In this document: positions 62,801 to 64,000 of the stretch, one piece after another | Layout: every line of letters begins with the position of its first letter | Numbering within the stretch: position 1 is the first letter of the stretch | Assembly: GCA_039096935.1 (NCBI GenBank) | Contig: JBBPEE010000035.1 | Coordinates: 558,001-622,000 of the forward strand | Source: Blastocystis sp. ATCC 50177/Nand II | Taxonomy: Eukaryota | DNA: 64,000 nucleotides | Direction: 5' to 3' | Translations under genes and position numbers: made by a program | The notes under the pieces: model-generated | The model's database searches: none | Seen by the model: only the letters and a program-made list of their open reading frames with translations | What the model was told of the DNA's origin: nothing

Positions 62801-64000
62801 TTCTCATGCCGCTCTACCTGAAGGGGCTCTCCGGCCCTGAGACGCTCCAGCGGCCCTGTGAACCCTCTTTATCCTTATCACGTGTAGCGATGAACTACCT
62901 GGAGACCTTTTTCCAGAAGGTGCCGACGGCCGACATGATCTCGCTGCTGCAGAGCGAGCCCTGCAAGGGCATGCTCACCTCCGCCGTCAGCACCATCCTT
63001 CACACCTCCTCCAACCAGCGCATCACCTCGCAGGCACTGGCGCTGCTGGGCCGGCTGGGCGGTCGTTCGCGCACCGTGCTGCGCGGCAGTGTCGACCTGC
63101 CGTGCTTCTCCAACCCGTGCGACGGGTACGAGGTGCTGTTCCCGTCAGCTTCCTCGGCCATCTCACATCACGTCATCACGATGGACTCGCACATCGCGGA
63201 GGCCGTCGAATTGCTGCTTCGCAACCTGATCGTGGAGCCGCTGGACGGCACGACCACTAAGCTGAGCCAGACGCTGCGCTGCTCGCCGGAGAACGTGGAG
63301 ATGATCCGCGGCATCCGCGTGCAGTACAAGCTGCGCGCCATGGACCTGATCGAGAAGTGCCTCACCGCCTGCGTCAGTAACCCCAGTGCCGTGGCGAACC
63401 CGCTGCTGTGCCACCAGCTGGCAATGGCGCTGGGCGAGCCGAGCCTCGGGGGCATGGAGACGGTGAAGGAGGCGGCGGAGGAGGCGTTGCCGCTGCAGAG
63501 CGAGAAGGTGCAGGAGCGGTGCGTGTCGCTGCTGCTGTACGGGCTGCTGCTGGCGTGCTGCGACAGCGAGGTGAAGGCCGTGGCGCTGGAGAAGGTGAAA
63601 GCCTTCTTCACGTACATCACCTGCCTCATCCTCAACCACACGCACTTCCGCACGGACGAGAAGGACGAGGTGTTCAGCCTGCTGAGCCGGTCCTCCAAGT
63701 ATCACGGCATCCTGATGCACCTCTCGCTGGGCGTCGTGCCCGTCATGTCGCCCTTCGTCGTGAGCTTCCCGCCGGACTGCCTCTCGCCGCTGGTGGTCAC
63801 GGACGTGCTGGTCGCCCTGCTGGACAACGAGTTCCCGTCAGTGGACGACCTGGTGGTGGAGACGAGTCTCGTCTTCTGGAAGGTCGTGGAGGAGCAGGCG
63901 CAGAAGCAGGCGGCTGCTTTTGTGTCTGCAGCGCAGTCAGATGGTGCAGGTAACACAGAGAGTGCAAACAGTGCAGACAGTGCAAACACCACAAACACCA
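59860..64000 (+). CDS. TRRAP: TRRAP/Tra1 PIKK-family protein, N-terminal HEAT region (continues beyond the window)
   Basis: LLTLFKLFCSRLSF....E.VLRPY, EIVLHLP....LFNYFIPILMPLY.KGLSG and ALALLGRLGGRSR match remembered Tra1 HEAT motifs; many short introns. Confidence 0.7.

Overview
Gene-dense eukaryotic nuclear DNA with about 26 protein genes, one tRNA and one pseudogene. Three features point to the gut stramenopile Blastocystis (inference): introns of about 30 nt, intergenic gaps often under 50 bp, and a TGTTTGTT-type motif just after almost every gene end. Recognisable genes are cytoplasmic dynein heavy chain, NAA35, QTRT2, SNU114/EFTUD2, TRAPPC12-like, KTI12, H+-PPase, RPL8, glycogen phosphorylase, NELF-C/D-like, tRNA-Phe, a presequence-bearing [2Fe-2S] ferredoxin, ADAT1, TSR3, MSH5, an apyrase, RAD6/UBC2, a PROPPIN (ATG18/WIPI) and the 5' part of TRRAP. 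Main observations: (1) seven genes (plus two candidates) have no genomic stop at their expected end, only an in-frame T or TG placed 4 nt before the motif, so poly(A) addition would complete UAA/UGA; (2) convergent gene pairs share back-to-back inverted motifs; (3) an AT-rich island (about 45.0-53.3 kb) carries LRR genes whose distal repeats are each encoded by a symmetric phase-1 cassette exon, joined to a kinase or a MORN-like N-terminus, around a decayed Hsp70 copy. All gene models were spliced by eye and family calls come from remembered motifs, not database searches.
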